In this document: piece after piece, positions 1 to 9,743 of the stretch | How the letters are laid out: the number at the start of each line of letters is the position of its first letter | Position numbering within the stretch: position 1 is the stretch's first letter | NCBI GenBank assembly: GCA_030765785.1 | Contig: JAVCCC010000050.1 | Span: 3,629-67,628, forward strand | Direction of reading: 5' to 3' | Origin: Candidatus Aceula lacicola | GTDB taxonomy: Bacteria > Omnitrophota > Gorgyraeia > Zapsychrales > Aceulaceae | DNA: 64,000 nt | Notes under the pieces: generated by a model | What the model saw: only the letters and a program-made list of their open reading frames with translations | The model's database searches: none | Told to the model about the DNA's origin: nothing | Made by a program: the position numbers and the translations under genes

Positions 1-128
1 AAAGCAAGGAGAAAACGTCAAAATAACTAAAAAAGAAAGGATTACATAGGTAAGGATAACTTGATTTTTTTTATCTGGAAAGAAAGATTTCTGCATAAAA
101 GAGGAAAAGCTTTAACGCCTAAAATCGA

Positions 129-647
129 TTAATATTCGATTAACGCGCAAATAGGAAATTTCTTTAATTTATCTCGGCCTTTTAAAAACTTAAGCTCAAT
201 TAAAAACGCAATACCTACAATGGAGGCTTTAAATCCTTTAAGAAGCTGTGTCGTGGCCTTAACGGTTCCACCAGTTGCTAAAAGATCATCAACAATCAAA
301 ACCTTTGCATTCTTTTTTATCGCATCGCTATGAATTTCAAGAGTGTCTGTTCCGTACTCAAGATCATACGTCACACTCTTTGTTTTTGATGGAAGCTTCC
401 CCTTCTTTCGAACAGGAACAAATCCAGCTTGAAGTTTATAGGCAAGAGCTGCACCAAAAATAAAGCCTCTCGCTTCAACCGAAACAACATAATCAATTTT
501 TTTGCCCTTAAACTTCTTAGCCAACGCATCAATAGATTTCTTAAATGCGATTTTGTCATTCAAAAGCGTTGTGATGTCTTTAAAAATAATCCCTTTTTTA
601 GGAAAATCTGGAATGTCGCGAATGTAATCTTGTAGTTTCTTGTCCAT
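129..647 (-). CDS. apt: adenine phosphoribosyltransferase
   Basis: 172 aa with the PRTase motif VLIVDDLLATGGT and the typical Apt N-terminus (DYIRDIPDFPKKGIIFKDIT). Confidence 0.92.
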   Translation of the reverse strand: MDKKLQDYIRDIPDFPKKGIIFKDITTLLNDKIAFKKSIDALAKKFKGKKIDYVVSVEARGFIFGAALAYKLQAGFVPVRKKGKLPSKTKSVTYDLEYGTDTLEIHSDAIKKNAKVLIVDDLLATGGTVKATTQLLKGFKASIVGIAFLIELKFLKGRDKLKKFPICALIEY

Positions 648-665
648 GGATCCTTTTTTTTAATT

Positions 666-1520
666 TTAAACTTTTGGTTGTGCGGTCGTTTCTCTTTCGA
701 TAAATCTCGTCGGCAAAAGTACTTGAATCGGAACACCAGCGCTGCCTTCACAAATTTGATTCAACTTCTCAAGACCAAGTCTCCCCATTTCCTTTAAAGG
801 CTGAGCAACAGTTGTTAATTTAACGGCACTATGAATATTAATCGGATTATCATCAAAGCCAATCACAGAGACTTCCTGAGGAATTCTTAATCCCCTTGTT
901 TTAGCTTCATACATTACCTCCAACGCCATAACATCAGAACAAGCAAAGATAGCGGTTGGTCGATGTGTTGCATCAAACAACTCCTGTGCCGCTTTGCGAG
1001 ATGGAGTCCTTAAAAATTCTCCATACTTAATAAATTCATCTTTAAAATCAAGGCCATGCTTTTCAAGAGCCTCTTTGTACCCATCTAAGCGAAGTCGCCC
1101 TGCTTGCGTTCTCAAATCGCCGCAAACAATGGCAATGTCCTTGTGTCCTAAGTTGATCAAGTGCTCAACAGAATCAAAAGCAGCTCTCTGGTTATCAACC
1201 GCAATACTATTAATCGGTTCTTTAAAAATATTATTTAAAACAATATATGGGACGCCTGTGGCAATAACTTCTTGTAACGTTTCTACATCGTTATCAATAT
1301 CGGCAAAGATGATGCCATCAATATAATTTCGATCCACTGTCTTTCCGCTTAGCCAATCTTGGTGATCATAACGCTCGGTGATGTGCATCAAGACATCGAC
1401 TTTTAGTCGACTTGCCGTAAGTCCGATGCCTTTAACAATTTCTTCAGCATAAAAAGAATGATCCAAATCTTCAAAACGTGGGATAATCAAAGCAAATGTT
1501 TTTGTCGCCGATGCATTCAT
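666..1520 (-). CDS. LacI-family ligand-binding (periplasmic-binding-fold) protein with no N-terminal HTH
   Basis: 284 aa aligning to the LacI/CcpA effector domain (IFACSDVMALEVM..., VIGFDDNPI..., LTTVAQP). The N-terminus begins where the ~60-aa HTH would normally end. Its start codon overlaps the sigma gene stop (TAATG). Confidence 0.75.
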   Translation of the reverse strand: MNASATKTFALIIPRFEDLDHSFYAEEIVKGIGLTASRLKVDVLMHITERYDHQDWLSGKTVDRNYIDGIIFADIDNDVETLQEVIATGVPYIVLNNIFKEPINSIAVDNQRAAFDSVEHLINLGHKDIAIVCGDLRTQAGRLRLDGYKEALEKHGLDFKDEFIKYGEFLRTPSRKAAQELFDATHRPTAIFACSDVMALEVMYEAKTRGLRIPQEVSVIGFDDNPINIHSAVKLTTVAQPLKEMGRLGLEKLNQICEGSAGVPIQVLLPTRFIERETTAQPKV

Positions 1521-2347
1521 TATTCTGATTCCTCCCGAAGTCCGTTTTCTTGTTTTTTAAAAATCTCACGCAATTTCTTTATCGCTCCAACTTCCACCTG
1601 ACGAACACGCTCTCGCGAAACGCCAAGTTTCTTTGCAATCTCAGCTAAAGTGCGTTTTTCACCATCTGTGATTCCAAAACGCATATCTAAAACTTCACGC
1701 TCTCTATCAGCCATCATGCTTAAAAGATCCAACGTGCGCTCTTTGTTTAAAAAACCTTCGAGCTCTTCGTGCGGAGCTTCTAATGTTGTATCCTGAACAA
1801 TATCTTTAAATTGTCCTTCGCCTTCTTCTCCGATCGGAGCGTCCAAGCTCGACATCTTAGCAACGCACTGACGAAGTTCGCGAACACGATCAACACCGAC
1901 TTGCATTTTCTTTGCAATTTCGGCAACGCGTGGCTTTCGCTTTAATTTATGCGTCAAGTGTTCAACAGCTTTTTTATGTTTCGTAAGCTCTTCATTCATA
2001 TATACAGGAATGCGAATCATTTTTCCCTGATCAACAATAGAGCGAGAAACGCTTTGCTTAATCCACCAAGCCGCATACGTTGAAAAACGGAATCCCCTTT
2101 CAGGATCAAATTTATCGACGGCACGCATCAGCCCGATGTTGCCCTCTTCAATTAAATCACTTAAAGGAATTCCAAGATTCATGTATCGCTTAGCAATGCT
2201 AATAACAAGGCGCAAGTTCGACTTGATCATCTGATCTCGTGCTTGACGATCTCCCTTTTGAATTCTTCGAGCAAGACTCACTTCTTCTTCCGGCTTTAAA
2301 AGAGGAATATGTCGAACGTCTTTAAAATATGCGCGTATAGGATCCAA
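1520..2347 (-). CDS. RNA polymerase sigma factor, sigma-70 family (group 1/2-like, short)
   Basis: 275 aa with region 2 (DLIEEGNIGLMRAVDKFDPERGFRFSTYAAWWIKQSV), region 3 and a region 4 HTH (TLAEIAKKLGVSRERVRQVE). Confidence 0.88.
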   Translation of the reverse strand: MDPIRAYFKDVRHIPLLKPEEEVSLARRIQKGDRQARDQMIKSNLRLVISIAKRYMNLGIPLSDLIEEGNIGLMRAVDKFDPERGFRFSTYAAWWIKQSVSRSIVDQGKMIRIPVYMNEELTKHKKAVEHLTHKLKRKPRVAEIAKKMQVGVDRVRELRQCVAKMSSLDAPIGEEGEGQFKDIVQDTTLEAPHEELEGFLNKERTLDLLSMMADREREVLDMRFGITDGEKRTLAEIAKKLGVSRERVRQVEVGAIKKLREIFKKQENGLREESE

Positions 2348-2362
2348 TACTAGCCCCTTTGG

Positions 2363-5080
2363 TTATTTTTTCTTAGCTTCAATTGCCGCTTGTCCTGCTG
2401 CTAATCTTGCAATAGGAACACGGTATGGTGAACAGCTTACATAATTTAATCCTGCTCTAACAAAAAACTTAACACTCTCTGGATCACCGCCATGCTCGCC
2501 ACAAACACCACACTTTAAATTCTTACGCGTTGATCGACCGCGCTTGACAGCTATCTTAACAAGCTCTCCTACGCCTTCTTGATCGATAGAAGCAAACGGA
2601 TCGTCTCTAAGAATTTTCTTATCAATATACTCAGGCAAGAAAGTTGCAACGTCATCTCGACTGTATCCAAATGTCATCTGCGTTAAATCATTTGTTCCGA
2701 ATGAATAAAATTCAGCTTTTTCAGCAACTTTATCAGCAACAAGCGTAGCCCTTGGAATTTCCATCATCGTTCCAACAAGATAGTTGACTCTTTTACCCTT
2801 TGCCTTGATAACCTCTTCAGCAGTTTTGCGAACGATCTCTTCTAGCATATCATACTCTGTTTTTGTTCCAATCAAAGGAATCATAATCTCAGGAAGAATC
2901 TTGACCTTTTTCTTAGCCATGTTGCATGCCGCTTCCATAATCGCTGTTACTTGCATCTTGCAAATCTCAGGATAAGTAATCGACAATCGACATCCACGAT
3001 GGCCAAGCATAGGATTCATTTCATGAAGAGAATCAACCTTAGCTTTAACAACTGCTGGCGTTATCTTTAAACGTTTTGCCATCTCTGCTTGTCCTTTAGC
3101 CTCATGTGGCAAGAACTCATGCAAAGGTGGGTCTAAAAGACGCACGGTAACTGGTAGTCCATCCATCGCTTTGAAAATACCTTCAAAATCTTTTCTTTGA
3201 TATGGAAGAAGTTTCTTTAAGGCTTTTTCTCGACCAGCTAAATCATCAGCCAAAATCATTTCTCGAATTGCCCAAATGCGATCGCCTTCAAAAAACATAT
3301 GCTCTGTTCGGCAAAGGCCAATACCTTCTGCGCCAAATGCGCGTGCGTTTTGAGCATCTTTTGGAGAATCAGCATTCGTGCGAACATTAATCTCGCGTGC
3401 TTTATCTGCCCACTTCATAACTTCCAAGAAAATTTGGCAAATTGGATGTTTTAAGGCCTTTTTGTTTCCATCAATAATCCCAGAAACAACTGGCGAAGAA
3501 GATGTCTCCACATGTCCTAAAACAATCTCTCCTGTTGATCCATCAATAGAAACTTCTTCTCCTTCTTTTAAAACTTTTCCGCCCACTTTAATTGTTTTTG
3601 CTTTGTAGTCAATATCCAAAGCCGCACAACCAACAACGCAACACTTGCCCCATCCTCGAGCAACAACAGCCGCGTGAGAAGTCATTCCACCTGTTGATGT
3701 CAAAATTGCTTGAGCAGCCCACATACCAGAAACATCTTCTGGAGAAGTTTCCTTTCGAGCCAAAATAACTCTCTTTCCTTTTTCTGCCCACTTCACAGCT
3801 TCATCAGCTGTAAAAACAATTTGTCCGTTAGCAGCTCCAGGACCAGCTGGCAAACCTTTTGCTAAAACACGCTTTGCAACAATAGCTGCTATTTTTGCCT
3901 TTGGATCAAGAATCGGGAAAAGAAGTTGATTCAAATGATCACCTTCAATTCTCATCAAACCTTCTTGTTCCTTAATTAACTTTTCTTTAACCATGTCAAC
4001 GGCGACCTTAACAGCTGCAAGACCAGTTCTTTTTCCAGTTCTCGTCTGAAGCATGTACAGCTTGCCTTCTTGAATCGTAAACTCAACATCCTGCATGTCT
4101 CTATAATGTCGTTCGAGCTTCAAACGAATATCGTTAAGCTCTTTGTAAATCTTTGGCATTTTCTTTTTCAATGTTGAAATTGGATCAGGCGTACGAATAC
4201 CAGCAACAACGTCTTCCCCTTGAGCATTAATAAGATATTCACCAAAGAACTCATCTGTTCCGTCGGCAGGATTACGAGTAAACGCAACACCTGTCCCAGA
4301 ATTATCACCCATATTTCCATAAACCATAGACTGAACATTAACCGCTGTTCCTTTAAGTCCAAAAAGTTTATTGATTTTTCGATACATAACAGCTCTTGGA
4401 ATATTCCAAGATCCTAAAACAGCATCAATCGCATAAGAAAGCTGTTCTCTCGCGCTCGTCGGGAAATTCTTTCCAACACTCTTTTTATATACAACTTTAT
4501 AAACCGCTACAACTTCTTTTAACTCTTCCGTTGTTAGCTCTGTATCGAGTTTTCTTTTATATTTTTTCTTAATACGCGTTAGCTCGTGCTCAAAATGCTC
4601 ATGATCAACACCCATGCAAACATCACCAAACATATTAATAAAACGTCGGTAAGAATCCCACGCCATGCGCTCGTTCTTTGTCTTTTTAGCAAGGCCAATA
4701 ACCGCATCATCATTAATACCAAGATTCAAAACCGTGTTCATCATGCCAGGCATAGAAACCGCAGCGCCACTACGAACAGAAACCAAAAGAGGATTATCTC
4801 TATCTCCAAATTTTGCACCCATAACTTTTTCGATCTTAGCAATATTTGCATCAATTTCTTTATCTAACCCTGCTGGCTTTTTATTCTTATTCTTATCGTA
4901 ATATGCACAAACTTCTGTCGTAATTGTAAAACCTGCTGGTACTGGAACGCCGATGCTTGACATTTCTGCTAAGTTAGCACCTTTACCGCCTAAAAGCTCC
5001 TTCATTGAAGCTTTACCTTCTGCTTTTCCACCACCAAAAAAATAAACATATTTACTTATTTTACCTGCCATCTTCAACAA
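2363..5080 (-). CDS. ppdK: pyruvate, phosphate dikinase
   Basis: 905 aa with the full PPDK architecture: ATP-grasp N-terminus, a central phosphohistidine domain (GGMTSHAAVVARGWGKCCV) and a PEP-utilising C-terminus (CGEHGGDP). The true start may be the internal MAGKISKYVYFF. Confidence 0.95.
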   Translation of the reverse strand: MLKMAGKISKYVYFFGGGKAEGKASMKELLGGKGANLAEMSSIGVPVPAGFTITTEVCAYYDKNKNKKPAGLDKEIDANIAKIEKVMGAKFGDRDNPLLVSVRSGAAVSMPGMMNTVLNLGINDDAVIGLAKKTKNERMAWDSYRRFINMFGDVCMGVDHEHFEHELTRIKKKYKRKLDTELTTEELKEVVAVYKVVYKKSVGKNFPTSAREQLSYAIDAVLGSWNIPRAVMYRKINKLFGLKGTAVNVQSMVYGNMGDNSGTGVAFTRNPADGTDEFFGEYLINAQGEDVVAGIRTPDPISTLKKKMPKIYKELNDIRLKLERHYRDMQDVEFTIQEGKLYMLQTRTGKRTGLAAVKVAVDMVKEKLIKEQEGLMRIEGDHLNQLLFPILDPKAKIAAIVAKRVLAKGLPAGPGAANGQIVFTADEAVKWAEKGKRVILARKETSPEDVSGMWAAQAILTSTGGMTSHAAVVARGWGKCCVVGCAALDIDYKAKTIKVGGKVLKEGEEVSIDGSTGEIVLGHVETSSSPVVSGIIDGNKKALKHPICQIFLEVMKWADKAREINVRTNADSPKDAQNARAFGAEGIGLCRTEHMFFEGDRIWAIREMILADDLAGREKALKKLLPYQRKDFEGIFKAMDGLPVTVRLLDPPLHEFLPHEAKGQAEMAKRLKITPAVVKAKVDSLHEMNPMLGHRGCRLSITYPEICKMQVTAIMEAACNMAKKKVKILPEIMIPLIGTKTEYDMLEEIVRKTAEEVIKAKGKRVNYLVGTMMEIPRATLVADKVAEKAEFYSFGTNDLTQMTFGYSRDDVATFLPEYIDKKILRDDPFASIDQEGVGELVKIAVKRGRSTRKNLKCGVCGEHGGDPESVKFFVRAGLNYVSCSPYRVPIARLAAGQAAIEAKKK

Positions 5081-5216
5081 ACCTACCCTTCTTTTAAATG
5101 AGGCCCAAACTTACGGAATAAAATGAACGTAAGCTTGCAGGCCGAATTTATCCAGCAAAGCTGGATAAATCTTCGTTGATCCCGACATTCGCGCTAGCGA
5201 AGCGTCAGAACTTACC

Positions 5217-6527
5217 TTAATGGTTTAATAATTTATTTGATAAATATTCCTTCAAACTATCCACGGAAATGCGCTCTTGCGCCATCGTATCTCGGTCCCG
5301 CACCGTTACCTTCTTATCGCTTAAAGAATCTACATCAACTGTTACACAGAAAAATGTTCCCACTTCATCTTGTCGTCTATAAAGTTTCCCGATTGAAGCT
5401 GTGTCATCATATACCGACATAAAACATTTAGATAAATCTTTTTTAATCGCCTTTGCCGTTGAAACAATCTCTGAATTTTTCTTCAAAAGTGGCAATACCG
5501 CAACTTTAATCGGAGCCAACTCTGGACTAAATTTTAAAACAACACGTGTCGAACCTCTAACCTCTTCCTCGCAATAGGCGTCTACTAAAAACGCAAGTGT
5601 TGCACGATCAACGCCTCCGGAAGGTTCAATAATATATGGAAAAAATTTTGTGTTGGTGAGATTGTCTTGATACTGGAGATCTTTTCCTGAAGCCTTGGAG
5701 TGCTGCTTTAAATCAAAATCCGTTCGATTAGCAATGCCTTCAAGCTCTGACCAGCCAAACGGAAATTGATATTCAATATCCGTACATCCTTTGGCATAAT
5801 GCGCTAGCTCATCTGACGCATGTTTTCTAAGACGAAGTGATTCTTTTTTGATACCTAAATCAACATACCAAGCAAAGCGTTCTTCAATCCATTGTTTATG
5901 ACTCTCATCAGCTTCTTCTGGTTTTGTGAAATATTCTATCTCCATTTGTTCAAATTCTCGAGTTCTAAAAATAAAATTGCCTGGAGTAATTTCATTACGA
6001 AATGATTTTCCAATTTGAGCAATGCCAAAAGGAAGACGTTTACGCGTCGTATCAACGACATTAGAAAAATTAACAAAAATGCCTTGCGCTGTCTCAGGAC
6101 GAAGATAACTCAAGCTGCTGCTGTCCTCGGCTGCTCCCAGATATGTTTTCATCATCAAATTAAATGCTCGGCCGTCTGTAAAATCGATTGCTCCACATTC
6201 GGGACATTTTTCACCAACATGATCTTTTCGAAAACGCTTCTTGCAAGATTTGCAATCCACCAAAATATCCGAGAAACCCTCAACGTGGCCAGATGCTTTC
6301 CATGCATCCGGATGCATTAAAATACCACAATCGAGACCCACTACATCATCGCGACTGTGAACAACAGACTTCCACCAGGCATTCTTGACATTTCTTTTAA
6401 GTTCAGCACCCAAAGGACCGTAATCCCAAACACTGCTTAAACCACCGTAAATTTCGGAAGACTGAAAGACAAATCCTCTGCGCTTGCACAGAGACACTAT
6501 TTTTTCCATTAAGTTATCTTGAGACAT
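5217..6527 (-). CDS. glyQS: glycine--tRNA ligase (dimeric alpha2 type)
   Basis: 436 aa with an N-terminus (MEKIVSLCKRRGFVFQSSEIYGG) and class II motifs typical of GlyQS. Confidence 0.93.
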   Translation of the reverse strand: MSQDNLMEKIVSLCKRRGFVFQSSEIYGGLSSVWDYGPLGAELKRNVKNAWWKSVVHSRDDVVGLDCGILMHPDAWKASGHVEGFSDILVDCKSCKKRFRKDHVGEKCPECGAIDFTDGRAFNLMMKTYLGAAEDSSSLSYLRPETAQGIFVNFSNVVDTTRKRLPFGIAQIGKSFRNEITPGNFIFRTREFEQMEIEYFTKPEEADESHKQWIEERFAWYVDLGIKKESLRLRKHASDELAHYAKGCTDIEYQFPFGWSELEGIANRTDFDLKQHSKASGKDLQYQDNLTNTKFFPYIIEPSGGVDRATLAFLVDAYCEEEVRGSTRVVLKFSPELAPIKVAVLPLLKKNSEIVSTAKAIKKDLSKCFMSVYDDTASIGKLYRRQDEVGTFFCVTVDVDSLSDKKVTVRDRDTMAQERISVDSLKEYLSNKLLNH

Positions 6528-6597
6528 TGAGCGACTATTTTATCGAAAAGTTATCCAAAAATCAAGCATTTTGATTATATATTTAATATATTTAGTA

Positions 6598-7080
6598 TTA
6601 ACTATTAAAAGAGATAGGATCAGAAACTTTTGCCTCCCCTGATTCTAAAACTTTGGCAAAAATCCCTTCTTCAGGCATAATGCAATATCCTGCGGAGTGA
6701 TAAATTGAACACGGGCTGTGACATTCTTTTCCAATCTGAACAACTTCTAGGATAACTGTTTTTCCGATAAGCAAGTGAGTTCCAATAGAAATTTTTTTAA
6801 AATCAAGTCCATCAACAACCATGTTCTCTCCAAAGGCGCCATCAATTAAATCAACACCCGATTTAATCATCTTTTCAATTGAATCCTTCGACAGAAGACT
6901 AACTTGACGCGCTCCAGATCCAGCATGAGCGTCACCAACAATCCCAAAATCTTTTTTAAAAAAGACTTTATCTATTGAAGACTTTACGACGTGCTTCTTT
7001 TCGCTTAGGCATAAAGCAATAACGCACCCTTGTTTGTAATCCATACATTCTCCGAATTTTAAAGCTTTAAAAATAAACAA
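6598..7080 (-). CDS. MOSC domain-containing protein
   Basis: About 150 aa with conserved MOSC-like residues (GDAHAG...RQVSLL, GENMVVDG, conserved Cys in GKECHSPCS). The start is probably the internal MDYKQ (~7044). Confidence 0.6.
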   Translation of the reverse strand: MFIFKALKFGECMDYKQGCVIALCLSEKKHVVKSSIDKVFFKKDFGIVGDAHAGSGARQVSLLSKDSIEKMIKSGVDLIDGAFGENMVVDGLDFKKISIGTHLLIGKTVILEVVQIGKECHSPCSIYHSAGYCIMPEEGIFAKVLESGEAKVSDPISFNS

Positions 7081-7156
7081 GCATATTGTACAGCAAAATA
7101 AAATATTGTAAAAAATCTTAAGGATTCTTATTTCAAGGCAGGATTACAACAAAGTT

Positions 7157-7432
7157 CTAATATTCTTCAACATCAGCTAGATTTTGTTTCGCCCGTTTTA
7201 AAATCTGCGCACTAACAACAGAAGAGTCTGCGTCCTCTTCCTTTCCTTCATAATAATCCTCCACGATCTTCTCGCGTTTGTATTTTTCTCGATTTTTCGA
7301 AGAAATGGCAGAAGTCTGAATAACCAAAAGGATAACAGCGAGAAACGCAAACCCTCCGATAAGAGAAATAAAAACTAATGTTGCTGGTAGTATATCGGCT
7401 CCCATAATCAGACGCCTCCTTTTTAAAAACAA
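7157..7432 (-). CDS. hypothetical small membrane protein (one TM, acidic C-terminal tail)
   Basis: ORF with a hydrophobic N-terminal segment followed by a charged tail. No recognisable domain. Confidence 0.4.
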   Translation of the reverse strand: MFLKRRRLIMGADILPATLVFISLIGGFAFLAVILLVIQTSAISSKNREKYKREKIVEDYYEGKEEDADSSVVSAQILKRAKQNLADVEEY

Positions 7433-7517
7433 ATACTTCCTCTAATTTTAAACATGTCGTACTTGGTGCAGTTAAGACGGAAGATACTTATCTTGGTTTT
7501 TATCAAACGGTTTTGGC

Positions 7518-7742
7518 TTAAATGTCAACTTCTTTTTGGTCCATTTTAAAATAACAAACGAAAAAAAACGCCGCAATAGCTACAAAACCCATAATGATCG
7601 CAATCCGAATACAATGTACAGCAGCCTGACCAGGGACCTCATTGTCCGGTGTATTAATAATGCGACCATACATATCAATGATTCTCTTGTATTCTCTGGG
7701 AACGACAACTTCTAAATCCAAGCCAGTAATCGCACGATACAA
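7518..7742 (-). CDS. hypothetical small protein with C-terminal TM (non-ATG start)
   Basis: 74-aa ORF that appears to start at TTG and has a hydrophobic C-terminus. Weak call. Confidence 0.25.
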   Translation of the reverse strand: MYRAITGLDLEVVVPREYKRIIDMYGRIINTPDNEVPGQAAVHCIRIAIIMGFVAIAAFFFVCYFKMDQKEVDI

Positions 7743-7967
7743 AAAACTACCAAAATAACAATAAGAATACCAAACCCAATAAGAAAGAAATCCTGCCCCA
7801 GAGAAGAAACACTTTTTGATTTCTTCGCTTCTAGAGTCCTTTGAACACTTTAAACATCCTGATTTAAAGACTCGTTTTCCATTAAAACTTTCCTTAAATT
7901 TAACTTTTGTTATTATACGCCATTAAAAACATCGCGTCATCAACAAAACAAAATAAAACAAAAATCA

Positions 7968-8573
7968 TTATTTTCCCTGAAACCCGTCGAAAATACTCTT
8001 TATTTCACTAGCCCAATCCTTCAACACTTTTTTCGTATGAGTCCATTTGCTTAACCCATCAATTTTCTTAAAACGATCACCTTTTTCGCTTTTCATAAAC
8101 TCTAGGATAGTTTTATCTGTTTGGCCATCAACAAGCTCCATTTCCATTGATGCCCCGCCAATACCAATGCCAGGAAGCGTCGTGCTCCAATGAATATTTA
8201 GAATCGGCTCACTTGGCCAAACTTTAATCACGCTTCGTATATACAAAACATCTTTTGAAAAAAAAGAATCAGAAACAACATAACCACGACTAAATGCTAT
8301 TTTAAGCTCATCTTGAAAATAAGTCGACAAGCGATCTATTTCATATTTATTAAGCTTTGGTTTTTCTTCAAAAATTAAAACCGGCTCAACAATAACTTTT
8401 TTGTATTTCTGGATATTTATCGACGGATCTTTATAAAAAAAAAGTCCTTCCGCGATCGGACTTTCTTTCATTAACTCATACGATGATAAAAATCCAAGCA
8501 CAGCAGGCTTGTGTGTTGCACACCCTACAATAAAAATAAGAATAAAAAGAGAAATTTTCTGCTTCAAAAACAT
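7968..8573 (-). CDS. lipoprotein, DUF3313-like
   Basis: Signal peptide with a lipobox (IFIVGC) in a 201-aa protein that resembles DUF3313 lipoproteins. Confidence 0.5.
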   Translation of the reverse strand: MFLKQKISLFILIFIVGCATHKPAVLGFLSSYELMKESPIAEGLFFYKDPSINIQKYKKVIVEPVLIFEEKPKLNKYEIDRLSTYFQDELKIAFSRGYVVSDSFFSKDVLYIRSVIKVWPSEPILNIHWSTTLPGIGIGGASMEMELVDGQTDKTILEFMKSEKGDRFKKIDGLSKWTHTKKVLKDWASEIKSIFDGFQGK

Positions 8574-8589
8574 CTTGCTGGAAATTAAC

Positions 8590-8901
8590 CTACCCCATCA
8601 TATCCATGATAGGTTTATAACGCTCTTGAATTTGATTAAGCGAATTCATCATTACTTTTGAAATAAGATATGTAACAAAAAGAATTATGGCTGTTACAAT
8701 GAGTTTCTTTTTTGTGTCAAACTTTGGATTAATCCAAACCAACGGCAAAATAAATGGACCAACCATTAAAAAACCAATCACCAAAGATGATGACTTAAGA
8801 TACCATTTTTGACCCTCTGTTTTATTCAAGATCTCATTACAATAGCGACATTTAATCGCTTCATCCTGAATTTCTTCTGCGCAAAACGGACATTTTTTCA
8901 A
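8590..8901 (-). CDS. zinc-ribbon membrane protein
   Basis: N-terminal CPFC...CRYC zinc ribbon followed by two hydrophobic helices. Confidence 0.5.
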   Translation of the reverse strand: MKKCPFCAEEIQDEAIKCRYCNEILNKTEGQKWYLKSSSLVIGFLMVGPFILPLVWINPKFDTKKKLIVTAIILFVTYLISKVMMNSLNQIQERYKPIMDMMG

Positions 8902-9743
8902 TTTTGGCCTCCCTTTAATTTATCTATTACTTCCTGTTTCACAGTGAAGCTATGTTCTTTATCTGGAAACTGACCAGATAAAACCTCGTTACGATAAAGC
9001 ATAACAGCGCTACTAATTATAGAGCTTAAATCAAGATACTGCTTAGAAAACTTTGGCTTAAAACGATCAAAAAGTCCTAAAATATCATGGGTCACTAAAA
9101 CTTGTCCATCGCAAAACAAACCTGCTCCAATGCCAATAGTCGGAATGCTTATTTTCTTTGTAATCATTTCAGCAATTTTATCAGGAATACATTCTAAAAC
9201 TAAACTAAAACATCCTGCCTGCTCTAATGCCACAGCTTGATCTATCAATTTCTTTGCTGACTCAGTATCTTTACCTTGAACTTTAAACCCGCCTAACGCC
9301 TCTGCTGTTTGTGGCGTTAAACCAATGTGGCCCATCACAGGAATTTGTGCTTTTATTATTTCCTTGGCCACCTCCAAACAATGATCAAACCATTCTAATT
9401 TAATGGCATCACATCCCGCCTCGTCGATAAAACGCCTTGCATTACAAGTCGCCTGAGCAATATCAAGCTGATACGACTCAAACGGCATATCACCAACAAC
9501 CAAAGCATTTTCTGCTCCACGCCGAACAGCGCTGGCGTGATAAACCATCTGATCCATGGTCATTTCTTTTGTAGACTCTAACCCTAAAACAACATTAGCA
9601 ACAGAGTCTCCTACCAAAATCATATCAATGTCCGCCTGATCAATAAGCTTAGCCATTGAATAATCATAAGCCGTGAGCATTGTGATTTTTTCGCCAGAAA
9701 GTTTTTTACCTAAAATATCTTTAAATATTTTTTTCTTCATTTT
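8898..9743 (-). CDS. panB: 3-methyl-2-oxobutanoate hydroxymethyltransferase
   Basis: [17 protein letters not shown]...[12 protein letters not shown]...[11 protein letters not shown] is typical PanB. The ORF extends to 9809, but the likely start is MKKKIF at ~9743, which avoids overlap with nfnB. Confidence 0.9.
   Translation of the reverse strand, partial: KMKKKIFKDILGKKLSGEKITMLTAYDYSMAKLIDQADIDMILVGDSVANVVLGLESTKEMTMDQMVYHASAVRRGAENALVVGDMPFESYQLDIAQATCNARRFIDEAGCDAIKLEWFDHCLEVAKEIIKAQIPVMGHIGLTPQTAEALGGFKVQGKDTESAKKLIDQAVALEQAGCFSLVLECIPDKIAEMITKKISIPTIGIGAGLFCDGQVLVTHDILGLFDRFKPKFSKQYLDLSSIISSAVMLYRNEVLSGQFPDKEHSFTVKQEVIDKLKGGQN

Noticed and set aside
5081-5216. Hairpin (TTTATCCAGC-AAAG-GCTGGATAAA) in the ppdK 5' region as a possible riboswitch
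   Set aside because: It is a simple 10-bp inverted repeat downstream of glyQS, with no conserved riboswitch core recognisable. More likely it is a glyQS terminator or an ppdK leader structure. I did not list it as a feature because the U-tract is weak.
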